Below are positions 1 to 8,855 of a stretch of DNA of 64,000 nucleotides, one piece after another. Under the pieces are notes generated by a model that was not told where the DNA came from, ran no database searches, and saw only the letters and a program-made list of their open reading frames with translations. This DNA is from Candidatus Moraniibacteriota bacterium. Lineage in GTDB: Bacteria; Patescibacteriota; Minisyncoccia; Moranbacterales; UBA2206. Within the stretch, counting starts at the first letter, position 1; each line of letters starts with the position of its first letter. The DNA is taken from NCBI GenBank assembly GCA_030679995.1, contig JAUXSK010000018.1:41828-105827 (forward strand), given 5' to 3'. The position numbers were made by a program, and so were the translations under genes.

Positions 1-1137
1 CACTATTTGGAATCATTTGAAATCGACGTTCCTATGGAAAACAGATTGGTCGGCAAGCTGTTTTTCGTGCCCTATGCTGCCAGAGATGACCTACGGAGAA
101 TTTTGAAACAGGCTTTGCTCGAAAACAGGCAAAGACTTGGTAACCTCACGCTGGGTCAATGGATTCAAGAGTTTGAAAAAACCTTCAACATCCACACTCG
201 GACAAAATCAGCTCCGGTTGAATTTGTTTCCCGCCATCCGCAAGCAATCCTACTCAATCCCATCGAAAGACGGAGACTAAAAGAAATCATCCATACTTAT
301 GACTATTTGCTGGTTTCAACCCTGCCAACCACCGAGCCTGAGCTTAGTGAAATGTTAGCCAATATGCCGGACACGGAAACATCCGAAAAACAAGACGGCT
401 CCGCAAGAGCAACCTACGCTCCGGAATCCTACAGAAAAAGCTTCTCTGGAAATTCGACATCCGCAGACACAGCAATCATTCCGCTAGACGAAATTTTGAA
501 ACAATTTCCCGAAATCGGCGAACAAATCATCACTTCCAACCGTATACAAATCCTGAGCTTTCCCGAACCGGCGCGCCCGTCCATCAAAAATTGGCTGGCT
601 GATTACACGTCCATCCTGGGCAACGAACCGCACGATTCCATAGCCCGGGGCAATTATTTGTTCCATGAAAAAAATACGCAGAACCTGAGTTCAACCAACA
701 GGAACAGATTGGCTTACATCCTGAAATCCTTCGATGAAAAAACCCCAATCACGATGGACAAGTCAAGCAAACAAATAATCTTCGACGATACGAACGAAAT
801 CCCGGAACCCAGAAAAAACGATCAGAATTCTCAAAACACTTCGACGCAAAAAACGCCAACCGCCAACTACGCGCCGCAAACCAACAAAATCAGCTTTTCT
901 TCCCCGCAGAAATTATCCTTTGAAAAAATAACACCCCCTGCCAAAACCGCCACCGTTCCGGCCAACCTTCCGACTGGAAACCTCGCCAGACCGGCACAAT
1001 TCGGAAATAACCAGCCCGGCAGGATGACCAACCAGCAACCCTACCGCATCACGCCGTCCGGCAGCCGGCAACAGATTGTCGATACGAAAGCGATGCCAAG
1101 AGTGTTGCCGAAGAATGTGGTAAACCTGCGCGATTAA
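1..1137 (+). CDS. Hypothetical protein of the T4SS-like operon (5'-truncated by window)
   Basis: Frame open from base 1; helical N-terminal part, P/Q/T/N-rich tail ending NVVNLRD; co-oriented with the prgI/virB4 cluster. Confidence 0.75.
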   Translation, partial: HYLESFEIDVPMENRLVGKLFFVPYAARDDLRRILKQALLENRQRLGNLTLGQWIQEFEKTFNIHTRTKSAPVEFVSRHPQAILLNPIERRRLKEIIHTYDYLLVSTLPTTEPELSEMLANMPDTETSEKQDGSARATYAPESYRKSFSGNSTSADTAIIPLDEILKQFPEIGEQIITSNRIQILSFPEPARPSIKNWLADYTSILGNEPHDSIARGNYLFHEKNTQNLSSTNRNRLAYILKSFDEKTPITMDKSSKQIIFDDTNEIPEPRKNDQNSQNTSTQKTPTANYAPQTNKISFSSPQKLSFEKITPPAKTATVPANLPTGNLARPAQFGNNQPGRMTNQQPYRITPSGSRQQIVDTKAMPRVLPKNVVNLRD

Positions 1138-1596
1138 ATTCAAAATCTAAAATTACAAATTCCAAATAAATCACAATGTCCGAAATCCAAAAAACAAAAC
1201 GATACGATTTAGAGGATAGAACGTTAGAGTTTGGAAAGAGAATTTTGAGATTAGCAAAGGCCTTGCCAAAAAACACAATAAATTTCAAGTTAATTGATCA
1301 ATTTGTCCGTTCCGGCACTTCAATGGGAGCAAACTACCGAGAAGCTAATGAAACTGAAACCAAAAAAGATTTTAAATTTAGAATGAGAATATGCAGAAAA
1401 GAAGGTAAAGAGACCATTTATTGGCTATATTTAATAGCCGAAGCTAATCCAGAATTTGAAGAAAGAATAAAACCACTTTTACAAGAAACGACTGAAATCG
1501 TAAAAATATTCGCCGCCATTCTTGTAAAATGTGAATGATTTTGATGATTTTGAATTTAATATTTATTTGGAATTTGTAATTTTGTATTTGTAATTT
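1136..1596. mobile_element. Palindromic 7-bp-periodic element carrying a four-helix-bundle gene
   Basis: Perfect 23-bp inverted repeat AAAATTACAAATTCCAAATAAAT (1149-1171 / 1561-1583) brackets the ORF; the same arms occur without cargo at 2018-2141 and 2835-2966. Mobility is inferred. Confidence 0.65.
1176..1538 (+). CDS. Four helix bundle protein (23S rRNA IVP / TIGR02436 / Avd-like)
   Basis: Motifs YDLEDRTLEF, DQFVRSGTSMGANYREA, DFKFRMRICRKEGKETIYWL; 120 aa; more AT-rich than neighbours. Confidence 0.92.
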   Translation: MSEIQKTKRYDLEDRTLEFGKRILRLAKALPKNTINFKLIDQFVRSGTSMGANYREANETETKKDFKFRMRICRKEGKETIYWLYLIAEANPEFEERIKPLLQETTEIVKIFAAILVKCE

Positions 1597-1602
1597 AAAC
1601 AT

Positions 1603-2019
1603 ATGGGTTTATTCAATGTTCCCCAATTCATCGACATCGAAGACAAGATTGTCGGACCGCTGACCGCCAAGCAATTGGGCTGGATGGGGGCGGCCGGAGT
1701 GATCCTTTTGGTGGCCTGGAGCATCCTGGACCTCACGGCATTCATCATCGCCGCTATCCTCACCAGCATCATTTTCGGCAGCCTGGCATTCTACCGTCCC
1801 AACGGACAGCCATTGGTCTATTTCATCTTTTCCGCCATCTCTTTCGCCTTCCGTCCTAAAATATATATCTGGAAAAGGGTGGCTGACAAGAGCGTACTCG
1901 GATTCACTCCCGCCCAAAAGACGAAAGCTGAAAAAAATGCTAAAATAAAGACATTGGCACCCAAGGAAGTTTCGGAACGGAAGATAGAAGATATTTCACA
2001 TTTATTGGACAGTAAATAA
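1603..2019 (+). CDS. PrgI family (VirB3-like) membrane protein
   Basis: VPQFIDIEDKIVGPLTAKQ, two TM helices, RPNGQP, PKIYIWK. Confidence 0.88.
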   Translation: MGLFNVPQFIDIEDKIVGPLTAKQLGWMGAAGVILLVAWSILDLTAFIIAAILTSIIFGSLAFYRPNGQPLVYFIFSAISFAFRPKIYIWKRVADKSVLGFTPAQKTKAEKNAKIKTLAPKEVSERKIEDISHLLDSK

Positions 2020-2141
2020 ATCCAAAAATTAAAATTACAAGTTCCAAATAAATTGCAATGGCCAAAATTCAAAATTGTTTTAAATTTTGAAAGTTGAGAT
2101 TTAGAATTTATTTGATATTTGTAATTTTGAATTTGTGATTT
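2018..2141. repeat. Empty copy of the palindromic element
   Basis: Left arm AAAATTACAAGTTCCAAATAAATTGCAATG, right arm ATTTATTTGATATTTGTAATTTTGAATTTGTGATTT; fills nearly the whole intergenic space. Confidence 0.88.
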
Positions 2142-2147
2142 AAGTTT

Positions 2148-2834
2148 ATGGAATCATTGCACTCGGAAAAATTAGCCACCCAGACCAGCACCTCTGCTTC
2201 CCAGCAGTTTCTTGACGTGGCCGAAATCAAGGAAGGCGTCGTAGTGCTGAAAAACGGCTCTTTTCGGGCTGTCATAGCCGTATCGGCCATCAATTTCGAT
2301 TTGAAATCCACTGACGAACAGGAAGCGATCGTTGGACAATATCAAAACTTCCTCAATTCGCTGGATTTCCCGGTCCAAATCCTCATCAGTTCCCGCAAAC
2401 TCAACGTGGACAAATATATCGGTTTCATCGAAAAAAAGGAAAAACAACAGACCAACGAGCTCCTGAAACTGCAAATTTCAGAATACAAGAATTTTATCCA
2501 CCAGCTGGTTTCCGTTTCCAATATTATGGACAAGAATTTCTATATCGTTGTGCCATTTTCCCCGATTGAAAACCAAGAAAAGAGCTTTTTGAGCAATCTT
2601 TTCAATAGCCTCAATGCCAAAAAGAACATCCTGGAAAAAAGGGAGAATTTTGAAACCTACAAAAACCAGCTCTACCAACGGATCGACCACATTTCCGCCT
2701 CGCTGTCTGGCATCGGATTGCGTATCGCCCCGCTGGACACCCAGGAACTGGTCGAATTGCTCTACCAATCCTACAATCCGAACCTTTTCGCGGAAAGCAA
2801 GCTGGGAGATGTGAGCGCAATGGAACTCAAATAG
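2148..2834 (+). CDS. T4SS-associated protein (TraC/VirB4 N-terminal-like)
   Basis: SQQFLDVAEIKEGVVVLK, INFDLKS..EQEAI..YQNFLNSLDFPVQILISSRKL; lies between prgI and virB4. Confidence 0.75.
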   Translation: MESLHSEKLATQTSTSASQQFLDVAEIKEGVVVLKNGSFRAVIAVSAINFDLKSTDEQEAIVGQYQNFLNSLDFPVQILISSRKLNVDKYIGFIEKKEKQQTNELLKLQISEYKNFIHQLVSVSNIMDKNFYIVVPFSPIENQEKSFLSNLFNSLNAKKNILEKRENFETYKNQLYQRIDHISASLSGIGLRIAPLDTQELVELLYQSYNPNLFAESKLGDVSAMELK

Positions 2835-2966
2835 AAATCCAGAATCCAAAATTACAAGCTCCAAATAAATTACAATGTTCAAAATTAAAAAATTCAAAAC
2901 CGTTTTGAATTTTGAAAATTGTAATTTAAATTTTATTTGATATTTGTGATTTTGAATTTGTGATTT
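2835..2966. repeat. Empty copy of the palindromic element
   Basis: AAATCCAGAATCCAAAATTACAAGCTCCAAATAAAT...AATTCAAAAC-C-GTTTTGAATT...TTTATTTGATATTTGTGATTTTGAATTTGTGATTT. Confidence 0.88.
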
Positions 2967-2974
2967 AAAATATT

Positions 2975-4789
2975 ATGGATTTATTCAACAAAAAAGGTAA
3001 AACCGAACAGGACCAGGTGATTCTTTCTGAGAAATATTACCAGGAAGGCGTCGCGAAACTGCAAGACCTGATCGCTCCGGCCGCCATAAAAATCCTACCC
3101 CAATCCATCCGGCTGGGGGAAACTTTGGCTAAAACGATTTTTGTCATCTCTTATCCGAGATATCTGCATAGTAATTGGTTTTCACCCATCATCAACATCG
3201 ATATGCCGATCGACATCTCGATGTTCGTACATCCCGTCGAAACTTATGACATCTTGAAAACCCTCAAAAAAAGCGCGACCCAGGTCCAATCGCAACTGCA
3301 CATCGAGCAGGAGAAAGGACTGATCCGCGACCCGACCCTGGAAACGGCCATCCAAGACATCGAGGAATTACGGGACAAACTCCAACAAGGTACGGAAAAA
3401 TTCTTCCGCTTCGGCCTATATATCACGGTTTACGGCCAAGATGAGAAAGATTTGGAAAAAGCCGCGAAAAACATCGAATCGATTTTGGAAGCCCAGCTGG
3501 TCTATGTGAAGCCGGCTATCTTCAAAACCGAACAAGGTTTCAATTCCACTATCCCGCTGGCCAATGATGAATTGAACATCGGAACCAATATGAATTCCGC
3601 CCCGCTTTCCACCACGTTTCCCTTCGTTTCTTCCAGCCTCTCCAATGACGAAGGCATCCTCTATGGCATCAACCGCCATAATAACAGCTTGATCTTATTC
3701 GACCGTTTCAAAATGGAAAACGGCAATATGGTGGTCTTCGCCAAATCCGGCGCGGGTAAAAGTTACACCGTCAAACTGGAAGTGCTGCGATCCCTAATGG
3801 TCGGCACCGATGTCATCATTATCGACCCGGAAAACGAATATAAACATTTGTGCGACACGGTAGGCGGATCTTTCGTCAAAATTTCTTTGAATTCCACCAA
3901 CCATCTCAACCCTTTCGATTTGCCGAAAATCGCCGAAGATGAGGATCCGGAAGACATTTTGCGCAACAACATCGCCAGCCTTCTGGGACTCCTGCATCTG
4001 ATGTTGGGCAACATCACTCCGGAAGAGGATTCCATCCTTGACCGCGCGGTGCACGAAACCTATGCCATCCGCGACATCACCGGACAAACCGATTTTAACA
4101 CCCTGGCCAAAGAAGCCTATCCGACTATGTCCGATCTTTACCAGGTTTTGCGCAATATGGAAGGAGCCGAAGATTTGGCCATCCGTTTGGAAAAATACAC
4201 GGAAGGGATTTTTGCCGGCTTTCTCAATAACACCACCAACATCAAAGTGGACAACGCGCTGGTAGTTTTCAATATCCGCGATATGGAAGAAGAATTGCGC
4301 CCCCTCGCTATGTATATCGTCTTGCAATTCATTTGGAACGAGATGCGCACCAATCTTAAAAAAAGGATCGTTCTGGTGGATGAGGCTTGGGTGATGATGA
4401 AATATGACGATGCCGCCTCATTCCTGTTCGGAATTGCGAAACGCTGCCGAAAATATTATACTGGACTCACGACGATCACCCAGGATGTGAACGATTTCCT
4501 TTCTTCGCGCTATGGCAAACCGATCGTGACCAACTCATCCATCCAGCTCCTGCTCAAGCAATCTCCTGCGGCTGTCGATATGATCGCGGAAACGTTCTAT
4601 TTGACCGACCAGGAAAAATTTCTGCTGCTTGAAAGCAATGTCGGAGAAGGGATTTTTTTCGCCGGCACCAAGCATGTGGCCATCAAAGTCATCGCTTCCT
4701 ACAGCGAAGACCAGATCATAACGACCGACCCGGCCCAAATGTTGGAAATCGAACAGGCTAAAAGGGAGTTTGATGATGAGGAAGAATAA
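2975..4789 (+). CDS. virB4: VirB4-like conjugation/T4SS ATPase
   Basis: Walker A AKSGAGKS, IIIDPENEY, HLNPFD, Walker B VLVDEAW, RKY..GLTTITQ. Confidence 0.9.
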   Translation: MDLFNKKGKTEQDQVILSEKYYQEGVAKLQDLIAPAAIKILPQSIRLGETLAKTIFVISYPRYLHSNWFSPIINIDMPIDISMFVHPVETYDILKTLKKSATQVQSQLHIEQEKGLIRDPTLETAIQDIEELRDKLQQGTEKFFRFGLYITVYGQDEKDLEKAAKNIESILEAQLVYVKPAIFKTEQGFNSTIPLANDELNIGTNMNSAPLSTTFPFVSSSLSNDEGILYGINRHNNSLILFDRFKMENGNMVVFAKSGAGKSYTVKLEVLRSLMVGTDVIIIDPENEYKHLCDTVGGSFVKISLNSTNHLNPFDLPKIAEDEDPEDILRNNIASLLGLLHLMLGNITPEEDSILDRAVHETYAIRDITGQTDFNTLAKEAYPTMSDLYQVLRNMEGAEDLAIRLEKYTEGIFAGFLNNTTNIKVDNALVVFNIRDMEEELRPLAMYIVLQFIWNEMRTNLKKRIVLVDEAWVMMKYDDAASFLFGIAKRCRKYYTGLTTITQDVNDFLSSRYGKPIVTNSSIQLLLKQSPAAVDMIAETFYLTDQEKFLLLESNVGEGIFFAGTKHVAIKVIASYSEDQIITTDPAQMLEIEQAKREFDDEEE

Positions 4790-4797
4790 GTTTTTAT

Positions 4798-4936
4798 GAT
4801 TTCAAGTTTCAATCTGCCAGCTGGTAGACCAAATTATTCCAAATCAAATCCAAAGATCAAATTAAAAAATAACTTTTGATATATAGGCTTTGAGCTTGAT
4901 TTGGAATAATTTGAGCCTTGAATAATTTGGATTTTA
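4798..4936. repeat. Divergent palindromic element with a nested GC-rich palindrome
   Basis: Perfect 18-bp IR CAAATTATTCCAAATCAA (4830-4847 / 4896-4913); TCTGCCAGCTGGTAGA at 4813-4828. Confidence 0.8.
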
Positions 4937-4943
4937 AAAAATT

Positions 4944-5471
4944 ATGTCCGACGAACAACAAAATCATGCGAATAACCTCAAAATGGCTCGCATCGGTTCT
5001 CTGAAAAATTCAGCCCAGAACATTAGAAAAAACGTCAAAGCCGCGGTTAATGTCGTTTCGCTTACGGCCTACCTCGAACCCTTTACGGACTGGCTGTTCG
5101 GCATCGCCCTTATCCTGGCCATCATCAAAGATATTTTTGATTTAGTCAACAACGCCCTTATTGCCGCTTTCGGCATCGGGATACCCCTGATCGTGGTTTT
5201 TACCGCCATCGTCTCACTCGCCATCGGATTCATAATGCTACTGACAGGCTCTTCCGGCAAAAGGAAAACCGCCAAGAAAATCGCCCAGGGCCTGCTCAAA
5301 CGATTTCTCCTGCTGGTTGGCGCCTCAGCAATCGAAGCGGTTCCCGCAATCAGCTTGTTGCCACTCGAATCACTCGTAGTCATCATCATATTTTGGCTGA
5401 CACTGGTTGAAAGGAAAAAAAACGCGGAAGCGCAAAAAGAACAAGCGGCAGCGATGGCCGCAGCCGCTTAA
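4944..5471 (+). CDS. Hypothetical membrane protein of the T4SS-like cluster
   Basis: 3-4 hydrophobic segments, IEAVPAISLLP motif, operon position. Confidence 0.75.
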   Translation: MSDEQQNHANNLKMARIGSLKNSAQNIRKNVKAAVNVVSLTAYLEPFTDWLFGIALILAIIKDIFDLVNNALIAAFGIGIPLIVVFTAIVSLAIGFIMLLTGSSGKRKTAKKIAQGLLKRFLLLVGASAIEAVPAISLLPLESLVVIIIFWLTLVERKKNAEAQKEQAAAMAAAA

Positions 5472-5483
5472 AACAAAGTTTTT

Positions 5484-6143
5484 ATGGACACAAAACAAAA
5501 ATCCAGCCCCCTATCCCATTGGAGAACGGAATTGATCAGCTCCGCGATTGTTTTGTTGTGCTTGTTTTTAGCCGTTTATTTCCCAGCCCAAGGAACATTG
5601 CAACTTTTCAGTAACACACTATTCTTTCTCTTTTTATTGCCGGTCTTGTATATAAAAATTATTTTAAAGCAAAATTTGACTGATTTTGGCTTTAATACGC
5701 TAAATATATCTGCTGGTTTATTGTGGTCGCTTGCGATGTTAGCCTCTTCTTTCCTGATTATTTTTTTCTTAATGCATTTTTATAATTTTGAACAAAAATA
5801 TTTTCTTCCAACTTATCTAGCGCAAAATTTCTGGGTCTTTCTGTTCTATGAGCTGGTTCTGGCAAATTTCTTATTTTTTATACAAGGATTTTTCTTCAGG
5901 GGATTTGTTCTTTTTTCATTCGCGAAAAAATTGAATTTCTTCGCCCCCCTTATCCAATTTTTGATTTTCACATTGTTTCTCGCGGCTACAAATTCTATCA
6001 ATTGGAAGGCAGCTCCTTCCATAATACTATCCCTGACTGGCGGCATCGTGGCTTACAAAAGCAAATCATTCATCTATCCATATTTGACCAGTTTATTGTT
6101 TATGATTATCCTAGATGCCTATATAATTTATCTGTTCAAATAA
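5484..6143 (+). CDS. CPBP/Abi (CAAX protease) family membrane protein, catalytic motifs degenerate
   Basis: LTDFGF and FFFRGF motifs, ~7 TMs; canonical EE and His residues absent. Confidence 0.6.
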   Translation: MDTKQKSSPLSHWRTELISSAIVLLCLFLAVYFPAQGTLQLFSNTLFFLFLLPVLYIKIILKQNLTDFGFNTLNISAGLLWSLAMLASSFLIIFFLMHFYNFEQKYFLPTYLAQNFWVFLFYELVLANFLFFIQGFFFRGFVLFSFAKKLNFFAPLIQFLIFTLFLAATNSINWKAAPSIILSLTGGIVAYKSKSFIYPYLTSLLFMIILDAYIIYLFK

Positions 6144-6149
6144 TTTTTT

Positions 6150-8822
6150 ATGAACATCCTACAAAAATCACTCGCTGCATCTCTTATTTCACTTATTATT
6201 TTCTCATCGGGAGCGCCGGCTATTCATGCCGATTCATTTTCGCTAGACCCGATTTCAGCAGCTGTTACCGATAAGGCTATGGGCGACATAATGGATTATT
6301 TCGGAATTAATCAGCAAGAGCTGAAAAACAATATCCAAACTATGAATGTTTCCCGCCAGAAAAAAATCCCGCCCCAAGTTTCCATCACTTTTACGCCGGC
6401 CAGCCCAGTGCCGGGAGAAAAAATAACCGCCACTGCCACTCCGACGTATTTTATGAATGATCCGTCCCAAATCTACTATACTTGGCTTCTGAAACGGTCC
6501 GGCAAAGATGGCGGCGCCGAAGATTACAAAGTCGCCGCTATGCGCATTATCGCCAGCGGTGATTTCGAGTATGAGCAGGAATCATATGCGGACGACGGTG
6601 AGAAAAGCGCGGGCGATTCCGATACTGGCGATTCTGATGGCTACTATGCCTTTTTCGGCGGCCAAGATCAGAAAGGCAAAAAGTCGCGATGTTTTGCCAA
6701 TGACATTTCTTCCGGCAATGATTATGAAATCACCTGCAAACACGCTTTCCCCACTAGTAGTCCGGGAGAAGTCGGCGACGGAGAATTCGGATTGGAAGAA
6801 GAAAAGTTTTGGCACACCGATCCAAAATCCAACGACACGGCCAACAGCGGGACTATGGATGAGGCTGCCGTGGTCGGACTCGGCAAAACCACTTTCAGTT
6901 GGATTTATGCCCCTGGTGATAAAGTCGGGGTCATCGTAGAGGGTATTTCGGTCGATCCGACCAGCTATGCCGATTCATCTTACAAAACGATGTGGGCTAT
7001 GCCCAAAAATACCGAGGACAATTGCAATAATGTCGATCTTGATTCATTGCCGGAAAACCGCACCGACACCCCTATCATAACTAAAATAGATTATACCGAC
7101 ACGGATACCGACGGCTATGAAGAATCTTATACTAAAGTCACCGCGACCACATCCTACAGTTATGCTACTGGTGATTATATCGTGAAAACCGGTGAATCTC
7201 CCGGCATCCAGATCCTAAAAACTACCAAAACTACGGTTACGACGCAAGATTGCATCTTGCCGCCGGCATCTTTGCTTGAACCATCCCCGGTTGAAATATG
7301 CGGCGATGCCACTACGCCAGCACACTGGCCAATTTCATCCTCGACTTCCAATCCTCGCTTCGTCACTGCCTCTGACGGATCCCTTGATTCAAGCACCGAT
7401 TTCAATAATTGTCTTGAGGATAATTTGGTCGACCCAGCACAAGGAACTTCCAATAAAAAATTGGATGTTTCACTTTCCTATTTGCCAGATACTCCGATGA
7501 ATGACCCTGCCGGAGATAATGCCGATGAGCTGGTTATCCAATCATCTATCTTGAACGCTGGAAATAAAGATTTTATCTATTACGATTGGAGCGTTTCCCT
7601 AGGCTCGTCCATTTCAGCCGATGATTGGATTGCGCTTGACGCCAACACCAAAAAACAAACCGGACTGGATCAGACCGCCGGAATCGGATTGAAATCATTA
7701 AAAATGAATTTGAATTTTGACAAACCGGAAGCGTTCTACGCCAAGATAACCTTGCGGGCAAAAGAAACTTCCTTTGAGAATTTGCAAAAAGAAGGCGTCG
7801 CCACCATCATAGTCCCTATTTACAATGCGCAAAACAAAATCGAGGTCTTCCCAACCAACGTTTCGGCCGACTTGGATATAACCCTCGATGTCGCACCCGA
7901 AGCCAAGCGTTGTGACAGCGGAATTGAAAAAACACTTTGCCCGATTGTAAAAAATGAGATCGTAGGATTAAAGACCGATATCGATCCAGATGATTATAAT
8001 TTAGTCTGGACGCTTAATGGAGAACCACTTTCATCGGCAAATCCGAACGCCGCTACGGCCTATTTCCCGGTACTGCAAGAAAAGGGAACCAAATACACGG
8101 TCAATTTAAACGCTTCCCATAAAACCTCCCAAGAAAAAATAACCCTCACGAAAACTTTTATAGTAGCGGATCCGGAAATCCATATATCCGCCGTCAATGA
8201 AAGCGCCGCCAACTCGACTTGCCTGCCGATCCTCCTGGGATATTATGTCGATCCGATAAATAAAAATCCTAATCCGGCGCCGGCAAGCGATGACTCTTTA
8301 TGGCCTGACTATAGCGAAGATTCTTTTGAAGCCTTGCAAGGCAAGGTAATCAAGTTAAAAACAACATCGAACGCGCTTTCTCCCAGCCAACCGTCTTGGA
8401 TTATCGACGGGGTAATCGTGACAACCGATAACGCGGCTTCCCTCGGCGCCACACTCAATGCCGACGGAACGCTCAGTTTTTCTGCCGATAAATCAACAGG
8501 CGCGACTTATTCGGTAGGCGTCGAAACGCTCTACACCCAAACTAATCTGGTCAAAAAAGCCCTGTATGGAAAATGGGGCATCCCCCTGACGGATTTCTAT
8601 GAAAAGCGCATCAGCAAATCAATTACGATCAAGGTAGCCGATCAGATCGATGTCAGCTCCGCCCTAGCCGCCCGAACGCAGGATAAAAAAATTCTAGCCA
8701 GCCTCTTTTCATCCATACCGGCCTATGTCAATTTCCTTTTCCGAATCATCCTTACTCTCATCTTAATCTTGTTTTCCACCGGATTGCTGTTTTCATTTTT
8801 TCCGAAACAAAACCAAGCCTAG
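6150..8822 (+). CDS. Large membrane-anchored extracellular protein (Ig-like beta domains, putative adhesin)
   Basis: Signal peptide, beta-rich YYTW/YYDW/LVWTLNG segments, Cys pairs, D/S/T-rich stretches, C-terminal TM helix. Confidence 0.75.
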   Translation: MNILQKSLAASLISLIIFSSGAPAIHADSFSLDPISAAVTDKAMGDIMDYFGINQQELKNNIQTMNVSRQKKIPPQVSITFTPASPVPGEKITATATPTYFMNDPSQIYYTWLLKRSGKDGGAEDYKVAAMRIIASGDFEYEQESYADDGEKSAGDSDTGDSDGYYAFFGGQDQKGKKSRCFANDISSGNDYEITCKHAFPTSSPGEVGDGEFGLEEEKFWHTDPKSNDTANSGTMDEAAVVGLGKTTFSWIYAPGDKVGVIVEGISVDPTSYADSSYKTMWAMPKNTEDNCNNVDLDSLPENRTDTPIITKIDYTDTDTDGYEESYTKVTATTSYSYATGDYIVKTGESPGIQILKTTKTTVTTQDCILPPASLLEPSPVEICGDATTPAHWPISSSTSNPRFVTASDGSLDSSTDFNNCLEDNLVDPAQGTSNKKLDVSLSYLPDTPMNDPAGDNADELVIQSSILNAGNKDFIYYDWSVSLGSSISADDWIALDANTKKQTGLDQTAGIGLKSLKMNLNFDKPEAFYAKITLRAKETSFENLQKEGVATIIVPIYNAQNKIEVFPTNVSADLDITLDVAPEAKRCDSGIEKTLCPIVKNEIVGLKTDIDPDDYNLVWTLNGEPLSSANPNAATAYFPVLQEKGTKYTVNLNASHKTSQEKITLTKTFIVADPEIHISAVNESAANSTCLPILLGYYVDPINKNPNPAPASDDSLWPDYSEDSFEALQGKVIKLKTTSNALSPSQPSWIIDGVIVTTDNAASLGATLNADGTLSFSADKSTGATYSVGVETLYTQTNLVKKALYGKWGIPLTDFYEKRISKSITIKVADQIDVSSALAARTQDKKILASLFSSIPAYVNFLFRIILTLILILFSTGLLFSFFPKQNQA

Positions 8823-8855
8823 ACTATATTTGCCAAAAATACTAATATATCAAAT

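Noticed and set aside
1136-2966. CRISPR array or diversity-generating retroelement suggested by the repeats and the Avd-like gene
   Set aside because: Repeats are inverted and separated by whole genes, not direct repeats with spacers; no cas, reverse transcriptase or TR/VR pair in the window
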